A DNA stretch of 64,000 nucleotides, from assembly GCA_963715865.1 (NCBI GenBank), contig OY970280.1, forward strand, positions 1,600,001 through 1,664,000, written 5' to 3'. The notes under the pieces were generated by a model. It searched no databases and had not been told where the DNA came from. It saw nothing but the letters and a program-made list of their open reading frames with translations. Source of the DNA: Candidatus Bathyarchaeota archaeon. GTDB taxonomy: Archaea; Thermoproteota; Bathyarchaeia; Bathyarchaeales; Bathycorpusculaceae. Position numbers and translations under genes: made by a program. This document shows, in pieces, positions 49,176-58,532 of this stretch (position 1 is its first letter; each line of letters begins with the position of its first letter).

Positions 49176-49558
49176 TCTTTCGCCTGCCTAATTGCTTCTT
49201 GTTGTTTTGGAAGAAAGCCTAAACTCAAGGACCAGAAAGGTACTATCCACATGAGGTTTAAAATAGGGTAAATTAAGGTGTAGAAAGCGTTGAATGCTAC
49301 TCCAAAATAGTCATAGCCAGCTAAAGAGAAGTAATAAAAAATTAGATTCCAGAACAAGCCAACTATGTTACCTGCTGTTAACACGCAGATTTTTTTTAAT
49401 ACGCTACCGTTTAGCTGAAAAATTAGCGAGACGAAAAGTATATTGAAGATTAATAATGTGACGGTAGATTGGAGATTAATTAGGCGGAAAGAGGTTATGA
49501 GGCATAGGATGATTGCTTCTAAGAAGATAAGCGAAGCTATGCGGTTTAAGGTTTTCAC
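49172..49558 (-). CDS. Four-TM membrane protein coupled to the GT2 gene
   Basis: Hydrophobic throughout; 4-bp overlap. Confidence 0.7.
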   Translation of the reverse strand: MKTLNRIASLIFLEAIILCLITSFRLINLQSTVTLLIFNILFVSLIFQLNGSVLKKICVLTAGNIVGLFWNLIFYYFSLAGYDYFGVAFNAFYTLIYPILNLMWIVPFWSLSLGFLPKQQEAIRQAKD

Positions 49559-49659
49559 TTGTTTCCTCCCCTTTCTCTTAAGTTTTGCGCTTTGAAAGAG
49601 GAGTCTAATTTGTTATTTGTGGTTTTAAGTCGTCTGTAACTTTGTTATAGAAGATAGTT

Positions 49660-50274
49660 CTAGTTAGACTTGGGAACGGAAAGAACCACGTTATTTATTA
49701 CTCTGCAAAGAACTTCAAAAACCTCTTCTGCATTCAAATTATCGGTATCTAAAACCAAGTCAAACGGCGCAAAATCCTCGCCTAAAACGAAACCGTAAAG
49801 CTTCTTGTATATTGCCTTTGTCCTATCTTCTTTTTCTTCCAGCACTTTGAATGCTTCGTTAACGGTTATTTTGTCGCGTTCGGCAACTCTTGTTGCTCTC
49901 TTCTCAATTGAAGCCATCAACCAAATCTTAAAACCCTCTTTAAGCAGCCACGGCATCGTCCAACTATCCAAGAGGACATTGCCTTGCTGTGCGTATTCCA
50001 GGAGCTTAGCGTCTACTGCCTTGTCAAATTTAGGGTCAATTACTCTTTCTTTAAGAAAATTTAAGCCTTCAAGGCTCTCCCACCAGCCTTGACACGACAC
50101 GTCATAGCCTTCTGCCTTTGCCAGTTCTTTAAGCGCGTCGCCGCCTGAATAACATTTTAGATTGTATTTTTCTGCAAGTTTTTTGGACAGAGTGCTTTTC
50201 CCTGTTCCAGCCATTCCTGAAATGCAAATTACTATTTTTTTCTCGGCTAAGCATGCTTTTGTGTTTTTAGCCAT
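49660..50274 (-). CDS. cmk: Cytidylate kinase
   Basis: ISGMAGTGKST, DKAVD, RATRVAERD. Confidence 0.9.
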   Translation of the reverse strand: MAKNTKACLAEKKIVICISGMAGTGKSTLSKKLAEKYNLKCYSGGDALKELAKAEGYDVSCQGWWESLEGLNFLKERVIDPKFDKAVDAKLLEYAQQGNVLLDSWTMPWLLKEGFKIWLMASIEKRATRVAERDKITVNEAFKVLEEKEDRTKAIYKKLYGFVLGEDFAPFDLVLDTDNLNAEEVFEVLCRVINNVVLSVPKSN

Positions 50275-50297
50275 TTAGCGTCACCACGTTTTCTGCA

Positions 50298-50762
50298 TCA
50301 AGTTTCGATGGGCATTATGCCTATTATGCGTGATGAAAGCAACCCGAAGAACAGCGAACAAATGGGATACCAGTAAAATACGGGAATAGCCCCAATGCCT
50401 GGCACGTAAGCCATAGTGGTGCCTCCAAACGTTGGCGTTAATATTAAAAACCAGACAATTAGATAAATGAAAGAAATTCCAAACTGGACCATTTGAGGCT
50501 TCATCATTTTTGTCTGCATGCTATTTATTTGAGATTGCCTCTTTTTGAGTTTTTCCATTTGCTTTTTATCGTTAGCTCGCGCAGCTTTCATGGTTTCTGA
50601 CCGGTATTCAGCCATTTCTTTCTGCATGACTCGGTATTGTTCCCAGCCTACGAAATAGTTGATTAGAACCCTGTTTATTCCAGAGTTTATGAACGCAATG
50701 ACAGCTGAGATACCCATAATTAAAATTGTTGCCAAAGGCAACGAAGTGACTGCTAAAGACAT
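50298..50762 (-). CDS. DUF106/EMC3-like membrane protein (Oxa1 superfamily)
   Basis: TM-coiled coil-TM layout, MMKPQM, FYWYPICS; conserved position between secY and cmk. Confidence 0.85.
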   Translation of the reverse strand: MSLAVTSLPLATILIMGISAVIAFINSGINRVLINYFVGWEQYRVMQKEMAEYRSETMKAARANDKKQMEKLKKRQSQINSMQTKMMKPQMVQFGISFIYLIVWFLILTPTFGGTTMAYVPGIGAIPVFYWYPICSLFFGLLSSRIIGIMPIET

Positions 50763-50930
50763 TGCATGTTTCCTCTTGACTTTATGCTTATGCGTATCTT
50801 GTTTCCTCGTTAATAACCGTTTTTACTTCTCAGCGTTGTAACTGTTTTAGAAAAAACTTTTTCCTGTTGGCGCATAGGTTCATTTAGAAACTCCCTTGCA
50901 TATCAAATTGGCTGATAACATGTTTTTAGT

Positions 50931-51013
50931 GAGGTCTGCTGAATCTCAGAGATTATAAGAGAAAAATGCTTAGAATAGGATTAAACGTTTTTTATCCAGA
51001 GCCTTCTCAGCCC
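50931..51013 (-). repeat. Bulged inverted-repeat element, copy 3 (distal arm degenerate)
   Basis: Exact CCAGAGCCTTCTCAGCCC at 50996-51013; GAGGTCTGCTGAATCTCAGA at 50931-50950; shared AGAAAAATGC interior. Confidence 0.8.
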
Positions 51014-51133
51014 ATCGATTTTTATTATTAATTATTTAATAACAAAATAAAAAGAGGGAAAGAATATGCTTCCTGTGTTGGTGTCGTAGTTGGCTCGGTC
51101 TATTGCCGATTGTTTCGCCTCATAGAATCAAAC

Positions 51134-51793
51134 TTAAGGTTTTTTCCAAAACAAGTAAACCTTTGTTTGCAGTAGCATTCCAACGAGCTTAACCAGCTTC
51201 GCAATTTTCGATACATCCGCATTCTGAATACATTTAACATAGACAGAGGTTTCCCCAAAGGGCTGATGACGACTGACTGCAAACTCTTTTTTGAACCGTA
51301 GATGTTTGTTTTTGACGAATGCTTCTTTAAGCTTGCACATTTGTTCATGGCTTAAACTTTCAAGTTTTACTCGGACATAGCGCTCACTGCCTAATAGATG
51401 CAGGTCAAAACCCAACTCCAAGAGCATTCTAGAAACTTCAGAAACGCTGTCCGCAGATTGCTGCTGCACTATTTTCTTCATTCCTGCCTTTTCTGCAAAC
51501 GGGTTATACTTTGCCATTACTGCAATCATCTCAACGTAAGGTGTCCCCACTAAAGGCAAGGTTTCACGTATCAGTTTAGCGCCTAAGCCTATTGTTCGGT
51601 ACTTTGGATGGATAACCACTCGGCTGATGATGCTTAATTGCTTGTTCATTTCCTGAATTGAAATTCGCGGAAGCACTAAGCGTCTTCCGTAACAGGCGGG
51701 TGGAGGATAACTGTAAACGATTACACCACAGAGCTCTTCTCCACGAACTAATCGGAAAATCTTGCGGGAAACAGCAACCTTATGACCTCGATA
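51134..51793 (-). pseudogene. 5'-truncated GNAT-like protein of the type usually fused to an ABC-type ATPase
   Basis: Open frame upstream of the listed ORF reads YRGHKVAVSRKIFRLVRGEELCGVIVYSYPP, then ISRVVIHPKYRTIGLG; no credible start. Confidence 0.65.
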
Positions 51794-52135
51794 ATCGACC
51801 AGCTGATAAAGCGTGGGATAAGAGGATACAAAAGCAGAGCAGAATTCATAAAAGAAGCCATAAGAAAAAGGTTTGAAGAGCTACAAACCGCACAGCATAT
51901 GCTTGAGCTGCCGCCCCTCGAACATTTTAACATAGACGAACAAGGGGTCAGAATTCTGGACCGAACTCTTGCGAGCAAAACATCAAGGGGAAGAATAATA
52001 GACGTTTACTTTAAGCCCGACAACGTTTGGTGCGATTACTGTCAATCCAGCAACTGCCAACACGTCAAATTCGCCCTAGACCTCCCAGCGGTACAGGAAA
52101 TCCTAAACAAAAAAGGCTGGACAATAAAAGCATAA
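51782..52135 (+). pseudogene. 5'-truncated ribbon-helix-helix + SWIM-like Zn-finger protein
   Basis: GYKSRAEFIKEAIR (RHH helix B) lacks the N-terminal beta strand; WCDYC...CQH. Confidence 0.6.
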
Positions 52136-52262
52136 AAATGCTCGTAAATACCTGAACAAAAAAGAGGTTTGAAGCCTTTAACTTCCTCTCTCCAATAAGA
52201 AAATTGAGCAGCGTGAGTATAACCGAATTAATTTCAACGCTAACCTCACCTTAAGTTCAATC

Positions 52263-52344
52263 TATTTAAAGGCGGGGAGATAGCCATCAGAGAGCACTAG
52301 AGCCGTTTAACTATTCAAAGCCAACAACTACTCTCCTTTAAATA
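52263..52344. repeat. Inverted repeat TATTTAAAGG...CCTTTAAATA with partial GGAGATAG/CTACTCTC extension
   Basis: 10-bp exact arms at 52263-52272 and 52335-52344. Confidence 0.6.
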
Positions 52345-52379
52345 AGGAACGATAGTTTTTTCAAGCAAACCTGTTAAGC

Positions 52380-53795
52380 CTACTCTCCAAGGATTCTCCT
52401 GAAGGCAGGGAACATCTCGGCTGCTCTCTCGCGCATTAGCAATTCATAGTACTGGTAAATTATACCCACCGATAACAAGATGCCTACGCCTGTACCGAAG
52501 GTGCCAAGGAAATCTGCAAGCCCAACCAAAAGCCCAACGATGATTCCGCCGAGAACCGTGACTACAGGAATGTAACGTTTAAGGATAGACTCAATTGGTC
52601 TTCCTGACCTCCGGTAACCAGGAATCTGCATGCCTGAATCCATAAGCTGCTGCGCAACTTTTGAGGGACCTAAACCGCCAACCTCAAGCCAAATCAGCGA
52701 GAAAACAGCGCAGAAAACCACAAGAATACCCAAAAAAGCAGCAGCCCTTAGCGGGTCAAGCGCAACTTGGTGAATGTTATTTGGCGCAGTAACAAGGTAA
52801 GCAAGACCACCTACAGGTGTTATACTGCCAGTTGTTACGTTTTGGCTAAAGTCGCCTATTATCTGGAAGAAAAGATTTGTTCCAGGAAGAGGGCGACCCT
52901 GAGTACCCCATAACAATTGCGAAAAGAAATAAACGTTTGCAAATAATGCTGACGCAAATATAACTGGAAGGTTAGAAACGTACAACAATTTAATTGGATA
53001 CCTGCTTCTGAAACCTTTGTACCCTGCATAACTCATTGGAAGCTCAATTCTAATTCCATTCAAATAAATAACCAACAAAAAGACTCCAATAGTAGCAAAA
53101 AACCCAAGCAAAGACGGATATATTCCAGAAATAGAACCAAACACCCAAGCCATCAATGTCTGCCCACCGCCCAAGTAAGCTGAAAGAGAACCAACAAACA
53201 AACCAGTAGTCGGCGAAAACGTATCCCAGACAACAGTCTGGGCAACACCAGCCATAATGAAAAGGCTGATTCCACTGCCTAGCCCCCAGCCCTTCTGAAC
53301 AAGTTCGTCCATTAACATAACAATTAGCCCAGCACCCAGAAGCTGCAAGAAAATAACCAGCGTTACCGGTCCAGAAAGCGCACCGTACATGCCGCTTATA
53401 ATATACGCTGCACCCTGAATACCAGTAAGAACAACAGTGAACACTTTACTTGCAGAAGTGAATAATCCTCTATCCTCAGCATTTGACATATCACATTCGA
53501 TAATTGATGAACCAGCAAGCAACTGCAAAATCAAACCAGCCGTAACAATAGGCCCAATGCCCAACTCCATCAATGTGCCACGGTTCGAAGCAAAAATAAC
53601 CCTTAATTGGCTAAACTGGTCTGATGCTGATGCTGCAACCCCGTAAAGTGGGATTTCAGTCATTACAAGGAAAATGACTAAAACAAGTCCGGTCCAGAAG
53701 ATTTTCTCGTTAAAGCTTACTTTTCGTTCGGGCTTTTTTATTTCTGGCAGAACTCTTCCTATGGGTTTGAAGAGGCTGAGGAATCTTCCGGCCAT
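52380..53795 (-). CDS. secY: Protein translocase subunit SecY/Sec61-alpha
   Basis: GTLMELGIGPIVTAG, GLGSGISLFI, YPIKLLYVSNLP, GMQIPGYR. Confidence 0.98.
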   Translation of the reverse strand: MAGRFLSLFKPIGRVLPEIKKPERKVSFNEKIFWTGLVLVIFLVMTEIPLYGVAASASDQFSQLRVIFASNRGTLMELGIGPIVTAGLILQLLAGSSIIECDMSNAEDRGLFTSASKVFTVVLTGIQGAAYIISGMYGALSGPVTLVIFLQLLGAGLIVMLMDELVQKGWGLGSGISLFIMAGVAQTVVWDTFSPTTGLFVGSLSAYLGGGQTLMAWVFGSISGIYPSLLGFFATIGVFLLVIYLNGIRIELPMSYAGYKGFRSRYPIKLLYVSNLPVIFASALFANVYFFSQLLWGTQGRPLPGTNLFFQIIGDFSQNVTTGSITPVGGLAYLVTAPNNIHQVALDPLRAAAFLGILVVFCAVFSLIWLEVGGLGPSKVAQQLMDSGMQIPGYRRSGRPIESILKRYIPVVTVLGGIIVGLLVGLADFLGTFGTGVGILLSVGIIYQYYELLMRERAAEMFPAFRRILGE

Positions 53796-53804
53796 TTAGC
53801 AGTG

Positions 53805-54230
53805 TTACTCTCCATTGGCTTGGGAGTTTACGATTTCTCCGCCTGCTTTTTTGATTTTTTCAGCTGCCGATTTTGAGTATGAGGGCACTTGTATGGTTAG
53901 GGGTTTTGTGATTTTTCCTGTGCCTAAAAGTTTTGTGTAGCCTAACGCTGTTAGGTTGATTTGAGGTTTTTCCTGCTGGCTTGTTTGAGCTATTTCTTCT
54001 AGTTTCTTGAGGTTTATTGTGTTTTCATGGCGGTGAAGGCTTTGGGGTGAGGTGAAGCCATGTTTGCCAAAGTAGTCAGGTTCATGGGTTACGACGTAGC
54101 TCCATAAGTGTTTGTGTCGCCCAACTTTTCTATATCCCTTGGAGCCTGAGTCTCGGTGTTGACCTACTCTTCCATAGCCTTGTGTTCTTGAGCCCCTTGT
54201 TTTTCGTATTTTTCTTAGTTTATGCGGCAT
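53805..54230 (-). CDS. rpl15: 50S ribosomal protein uL15
   Basis: RGSRTQGYGRVGQHR, KLLGTG, KIKKAGG. Confidence 0.96.
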   Translation of the reverse strand: MPHKLRKIRKTRGSRTQGYGRVGQHRDSGSKGYRKVGRHKHLWSYVVTHEPDYFGKHGFTSPQSLHRHENTINLKKLEEIAQTSQQEKPQINLTALGYTKLLGTGKITKPLTIQVPSYSKSAAEKIKKAGGEIVNSQANGE

Positions 54231-54678
54231 TTTGGTCAGCTTCTTTATTAATTGCTGTTTCAGCTTTTTTAAGTTTGATTTCTAGCACACCGTTCTTGAA
54301 TTTGGTGTACATAACGTCTGGAATCACTACCTTCGGCAGATTTAAACTTTTATAGTATCTGCGATCTTTCGATTTTGCTGAGAGAGTGAGTTTTTGATCT
54401 TTCACATTTATTTTAAGAGTTTCCTTATTAAAGCCTGCGATTTCAGCCACGATTGTTATGTAGTTGTTTTCTTGGAATATGTCAATTAATGGTTTGGGTT
54501 CTTGGAAATTGCGCTTGGCAAAGCTTTTGGATGGACGAAAGCTTGAGGAGACGGATATTGATTTTACGCGGTAGGCGTGTTCTGGCTGGGTTATTCTTTG
54601 CTTTTTGCTTTTTATACCTGAGTTATTGAAGTCTAGCCATTTGCGATTTTTGTTAGTTCTTCTCCATTTTGCACTTAT
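54220..54678 (-). CDS. Hsp20/alpha-crystallin-domain protein; the open frame starts with ATA after GGAGGGGG
   Basis: EPKPLIDIF, IVAEIAG, LNLP, FKNGVLEIKL; no in-frame ATG/GTG/TTG upstream of the domain. Confidence 0.8.
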   Translation of the reverse strand: MSAKWRRTNKNRKWLDFNNSGIKSKKQRITQPEHAYRVKSISVSSSFRPSKSFAKRNFQEPKPLIDIFQENNYITIVAEIAGFNKETLKINVKDQKLTLSAKSKDRRYYKSLNLPKVVIPDVMYTKFKNGVLEIKLKKAETAINKEADQNAA

Positions 54679-55096
54679 GTCTTTCCCCCTCCAATTAACT
54701 AACGAATTTCTTCATCGTAACTATAAAACGTATCGCACATAAACAGTGAGAAAACACGCGTTAACTCTGGAACAGTTTGCCTGAGAAAATGGTGATTGCT
54801 GCTTATTTTGCGGTGAGGAACTCGATTGCCTGAAGCACCTTATAGCCCCCAATAATTTATACATACTTAAATTAAGAAAGACTAATTAGATTCATTCACA
54901 GCCAATCGCTTAAAGTAATCCGAAGCATTTAGGCGCTAGCTATGCTACAAAGAAAAAATATACCGAATTATTAGGTCAAAATGTGCAAAAAACTGTGGAA
55001 GCCAAAGAATGTGTTGTTGAATCTGCAACGTTTTCTAGAAACTGAAAAATAAGCAAACACTCTTTTGAACCAGAACTAAAAGGTTTGTAGAAGATT

Positions 55097-55645
55097 TTAT
55101 TTTTGCCTTTTTATATATGCATCAGCAAGCTTCTCAAAAGTTGCTCTCATTTTCTTCATTTCTTCGGAAATTGACCCGTATTTCTCTTTCATAGTTCCAA
55201 AGTTACTGCTTGTTTCTTTTCTAAACATTGAAAACTCGTCTTTTAGTAAGCCAAACTCGTCACGGGATGAAGCAACATAAATCGTTCCGTTTTCCAAGTT
55301 TTCAAGAAGTGCACGGTCCACAGGCGACTGAACCTCAAACCCATAATCAATTTGGAAATCACTGTATTCTTTCCAAGGTCCAAGATAGCCTTTCTCGCCT
55401 TCCGTGTAAAAGCTTAAGTTTTCAACAAAAACACTCAACGCATCATCCTTTTTACCCTTGTAATCCATCTTTTGCAAGAGCTTGTTAATCTTAGTCAGGT
55501 CACCTTCACAGAAAACCTCGACTTTTCCATCAGGCAAATTCCTCACAAGCCCCTTTAACCCAAGCTGACTAGCAACACGCTTAACAAAAGCACGGTACCC
55601 AACGCTTTGAATCCAGCCTTCAGCAATAATTGTAGCTTTAGCCAT
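55097..55645 (-). CDS. acyP: Acylphosphatase with a C-terminal coiled-coil extension
   Basis: GWIQSVGYR (catalytic Arg), VRNLPDGKVE (catalytic Asn). Confidence 0.88.
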   Translation of the reverse strand: MAKATIIAEGWIQSVGYRAFVKRVASQLGLKGLVRNLPDGKVEVFCEGDLTKINKLLQKMDYKGKKDDALSVFVENLSFYTEGEKGYLGPWKEYSDFQIDYGFEVQSPVDRALLENLENGTIYVASSRDEFGLLKDEFSMFRKETSSNFGTMKEKYGSISEEMKKMRATFEKLADAYIKRQK

Positions 55646-55769
55646 TAAAGGAAACCTCAGTTGACTCCCAATTCTTCTCTATGCTTAGCCGCTCCTTCTA
55701 GAGGGCTCTATGCTTTTAAGATTTATCGAAAATAAAACAAAATGAAGAAATTGCCAAGTTAAACGCACA

Positions 55770-56258
55770 TTAGATCATGCGTTTTACTAGGTCGTTTATT
55801 GCTTCACCGCGGTAGCCTGCTTCGCCGCCTGCCTTAAAGCCCTTCTTGGTTTTGCCCTTATAGCCTTTACTTGGCGGATGCAACTTAAAACGAGGCTGCA
55901 TGTCGGGCAGTTTCTGGAATTCTACTTTGCAGTTTACTATGGCTTCTGCAAGGTCATCAATGGATTTGTAGCCTGCTTTCTTGATGTACTCATCTGTTAG
56001 CTTCTTGTCGCCTGCTAACCTTGCGCGTTTATGCAGCATCATGGCAACGATTTCTTTTGAGGGCTCGCCCCAAGTGACATAACTGTTTACGCGTTGCAGC
56101 ATTCCTTTGTAGGCTGGTCTGCTATCGATGAGCACTGCATGGTTAGTATGTGCTAAATGCAAGAAGTCAAGGGTTTCTCGTGTTTCACGCTGAGCACTAA
56201 TAGTTCCACGAATCTTAACCACGACAAGGCACTTGCATATTTCAGTTTTCTGCGCCAA
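55770..56258 (-). CDS. rpl30: 50S ribosomal protein uL30
   Basis: VVKIRG, GMLQRV.SYVTWGE, LHPP.KGY. Confidence 0.95.
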   Translation of the reverse strand: MAQKTEICKCLVVVKIRGTISAQRETRETLDFLHLAHTNHAVLIDSRPAYKGMLQRVNSYVTWGEPSKEIVAMMLHKRARLAGDKKLTDEYIKKAGYKSIDDLAEAIVNCKVEFQKLPDMQPRFKLHPPSKGYKGKTKKGFKAGGEAGYRGEAINDLVKRMI

Positions 56259-56259
56259 T

Positions 56260-56904
56260 CTACTTCACCCAGTCCACCGTAGTAATCAAATTATAAGTCT
56301 TCCGTAAACCATCAAAAATTGCGTATGCATAAGACGGCACCGTACGTGTTGAACCATAACTTCTCATCCACAAGTCCTTCACGCCAGCTAAGCCTAAGAT
56401 GACTTTGGCTACTTCACTTGAAACTAAGCCTAAGCCTCTGGGTCCCGGAACAATAACCACTCGGACACCGCCGCATTTTCCTTCAACTTGGAATGGAACT
56501 GAATGAGGTTTACCGCAACCGCACTCCCAACTTCCGCATCCGCGTTTTACTGGAATAATGTTTAAGCGGGCATTCACAGCAGCCTTCTCAATGGCGTTTC
56601 GCACTTGGCTGGCTTTTCCTGAGCCTAAGCCGATGTAGCCGTCTCTGTTTCCAACGGCGACTATGGCTTTGAAACGGGATTTTTCGCCAGCGTCAGTTTG
56701 CTTCTGCACTAGGTTAACGTTTATGACTTCTTCTTGAAGATCAGGAATTAATGAGTCCACGATTTGGGGTTCAGAAATTTTTATGCCACTGAGGAAGACA
56801 TCTTCAATAGTGGTAATTTTGCCTTCTTGAATCATTTTGCCCAAACGAGTTTTTGGAACCCATTCTTCTAAGTTAGTTCGTCTTTCACTGTGCATTTTAC
56901 TCAT
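56260..56904 (-). CDS. rps5: 30S ribosomal protein uS5
   Basis: WVPKTRLG, QKQTDAGE, RGCGSWECGCG, PRGLGL. Confidence 0.97.
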   Translation of the reverse strand: MSKMHSERRTNLEEWVPKTRLGKMIQEGKITTIEDVFLSGIKISEPQIVDSLIPDLQEEVINVNLVQKQTDAGEKSRFKAIVAVGNRDGYIGLGSGKASQVRNAIEKAAVNARLNIIPVKRGCGSWECGCGKPHSVPFQVEGKCGGVRVVIVPGPRGLGLVSSEVAKVILGLAGVKDLWMRSYGSTRTVPSYAYAIFDGLRKTYNLITTVDWVK

Positions 56905-57506
56905 GCTTTCTTTTCACCTTTCTTAAATGAACCGGTAATTTCAGCCTTAACCTTGTTGAAGTGCTCAGGTATTTTTTCAGGCGCAACACCTTGTGCTGTG
57001 TACTTGGAGAATTTGGCAGAGTACTCTTCAGAACCGGCGCCTAAGCTTTTAGCGTACTTGGCGATATGTTCACCTTTATTGCGTTCCTTAACAATCTTCT
57101 CTTCACTGTGAGGAACATCTACACCAGCATCCAAAACCCCGCTCAATGCAGCGAAAACCTTGGAGCCCTTTGTGGGAGAAACCAAGCCAATATCTAAGAT
57201 GGCTTCTTCAACGTCTTTAGCTTTCGCCTTTAAACCGCAAAGCAAACCCGTAAGGTAAGCTGCTGGGACATTGCCAGTTGGAGCCTTCCAACCGTAATTC
57301 TTGACTAGTTCGCGGCTGTTCGCTGCAGCTAAAACCTCATCACCATGCGGCTTAGCAACGATTATTTGTACTGTAACATTCTTTAATGAAGCTCGAGTAA
57401 CAAGCCGAGGCTTTCCAGAAATAACCAGAGCCTTCCGCGCTTGATAATCAGTTTTTCCCTCGCGTCTGCGTCTTAATTGTACGCGGTAATTGCCGTTTTT
57501 TGCCAT
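56901..57506 (-). CDS. rpl18: 50S ribosomal protein uL18
   Basis: RRRREGKTDY, AAYLTGLL, LDIGL. Confidence 0.96.
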   Translation of the reverse strand: MAKNGNYRVQLRRRREGKTDYQARKALVISGKPRLVTRASLKNVTVQIIVAKPHGDEVLAAANSRELVKNYGWKAPTGNVPAAYLTGLLCGLKAKAKDVEEAILDIGLVSPTKGSKVFAALSGVLDAGVDVPHSEEKIVKERNKGEHIAKYAKSLGAGSEEYSAKFSKYTAQGVAPEKIPEHFNKVKAEITGSFKKGEKKA

Positions 57507-57507
57507 C

Positions 57508-57963
57508 TTAACGTTTCCTCCATAAATCGTTAGCTTTCAAATTACGTTCCAGTTCAGCAATAGATTCGAACCTGCCGCTACCAGCCATCCTGTAATACTG
57601 ACTGTATGTAGCTTCAGTTATGATTCTGCTTGCCTTCAACTCACGAAGCTTGCGTCTTAGAGAGCGGATCTTTATCATCCAAGCCTCTTTCTGAGTAACC
57701 TTCGCGTAACCAGCACCAGTAATGCTGCCGGGACCACTGCGCCTGCCCTTACGCTTTTTCTCTCGGATAATTTTTGCTCTGGACCTGCTTACGCCTTTCT
57801 CAGGCAAAGTAACGATGACTTTCTCGTGAATTAGCTTTCTGATTTCTTCACGTGTAATTGCGCCTTCAACATCATCCATGCGTTCAGGATCAATCCACAC
57901 GCGGTTTTGCCCAATCTTTAAGATTTGAGACGCTAAACGTCTTTGGCTGCTTAAGTCTGTCAT
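57508..57963 (-). CDS. rpl19e: 50S ribosomal protein eL19
   Basis: QRRLASQIL.IG.NRVWIDP, TREEIRKLI, GPGS..G. Confidence 0.96.
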   Translation of the reverse strand: MTDLSSQRRLASQILKIGQNRVWIDPERMDDVEGAITREEIRKLIHEKVIVTLPEKGVSRSRAKIIREKKRKGRRSGPGSITGAGYAKVTQKEAWMIKIRSLRRKLRELKASRIITEATYSQYYRMAGSGRFESIAELERNLKANDLWRKR

Positions 57964-58532
57964 TGTTTTTCTTCTTCCTTCTTGGGTTTAGGTTTGGTTT
58001 TCTTTGGTGCCTTTTCTTTCTTAGGCTTCTCTTCTTTCTTGACCTCTTTCTCTTCCTCTTCCGCTTCTTCCGCCTGCTCCTTCTCCTCGCCTTCAGCTGC
58101 TTCCTCTTCTTTCTCTTCGGTTTCTGCTGAAACTTTGACGTTTAAGATTTTAATGTTAAGTTTCTTGGCTTCGGCAATAATTAAGGCACGCTTTCTTTTG
58201 CCGACTGTGTGTGCGATGCGTATGGCTTGAGTATTAGGGTCAATAGTGGATAGGCCCTGTGCATTGTAAACTATAACTTCCCTGTATCCCGACGGATGTA
58301 AGCCTCTGGCGATTTTTGGTCCCTTATAGCCAACGCTTACTCCAGGCGGCCAACCCTTAATTTTTCGCCTAATCTTATTATCTAAACCTCTGGGTCTTCG
58401 CCAACTTAAGCTGAATCTTGAATATCGCCAGCTTTCTGGTCTTATGAATTCTGGTTTCTTGTTTTTAGCTCGTGCTCTAGCTTTGAGGGCTTTTCGTGAT
58501 GGTGATGGCTTCTTCTCGGTCTTTTCGGTCAT
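57960..58532 (-). CDS. rpl32e: 50S ribosomal protein eL32 with a Glu/Lys-rich C-terminal tail
   Basis: WRRPRGLDNK, GLHPSG, RIAHTVG. Confidence 0.95.
   Translation of the reverse strand: MTEKTEKKPSPSRKALKARARAKNKKPEFIRPESWRYSRFSLSWRRPRGLDNKIRRKIKGWPPGVSVGYKGPKIARGLHPSGYREVIVYNAQGLSTIDPNTQAIRIAHTVGKRKRALIIAEAKKLNIKILNVKVSAETEEKEEEAAEGEEKEQAEEAEEEEKEVKKEEKPKKEKAPKKTKPKPKKEEEKQ

Noticed and set aside
19579-51013. CRISPR array or IS terminal inverted repeats for the 18-mer
   Set aside because: Only three widely spaced copies, no regular spacers, no cas or transposase genes, and no target-site duplication seen
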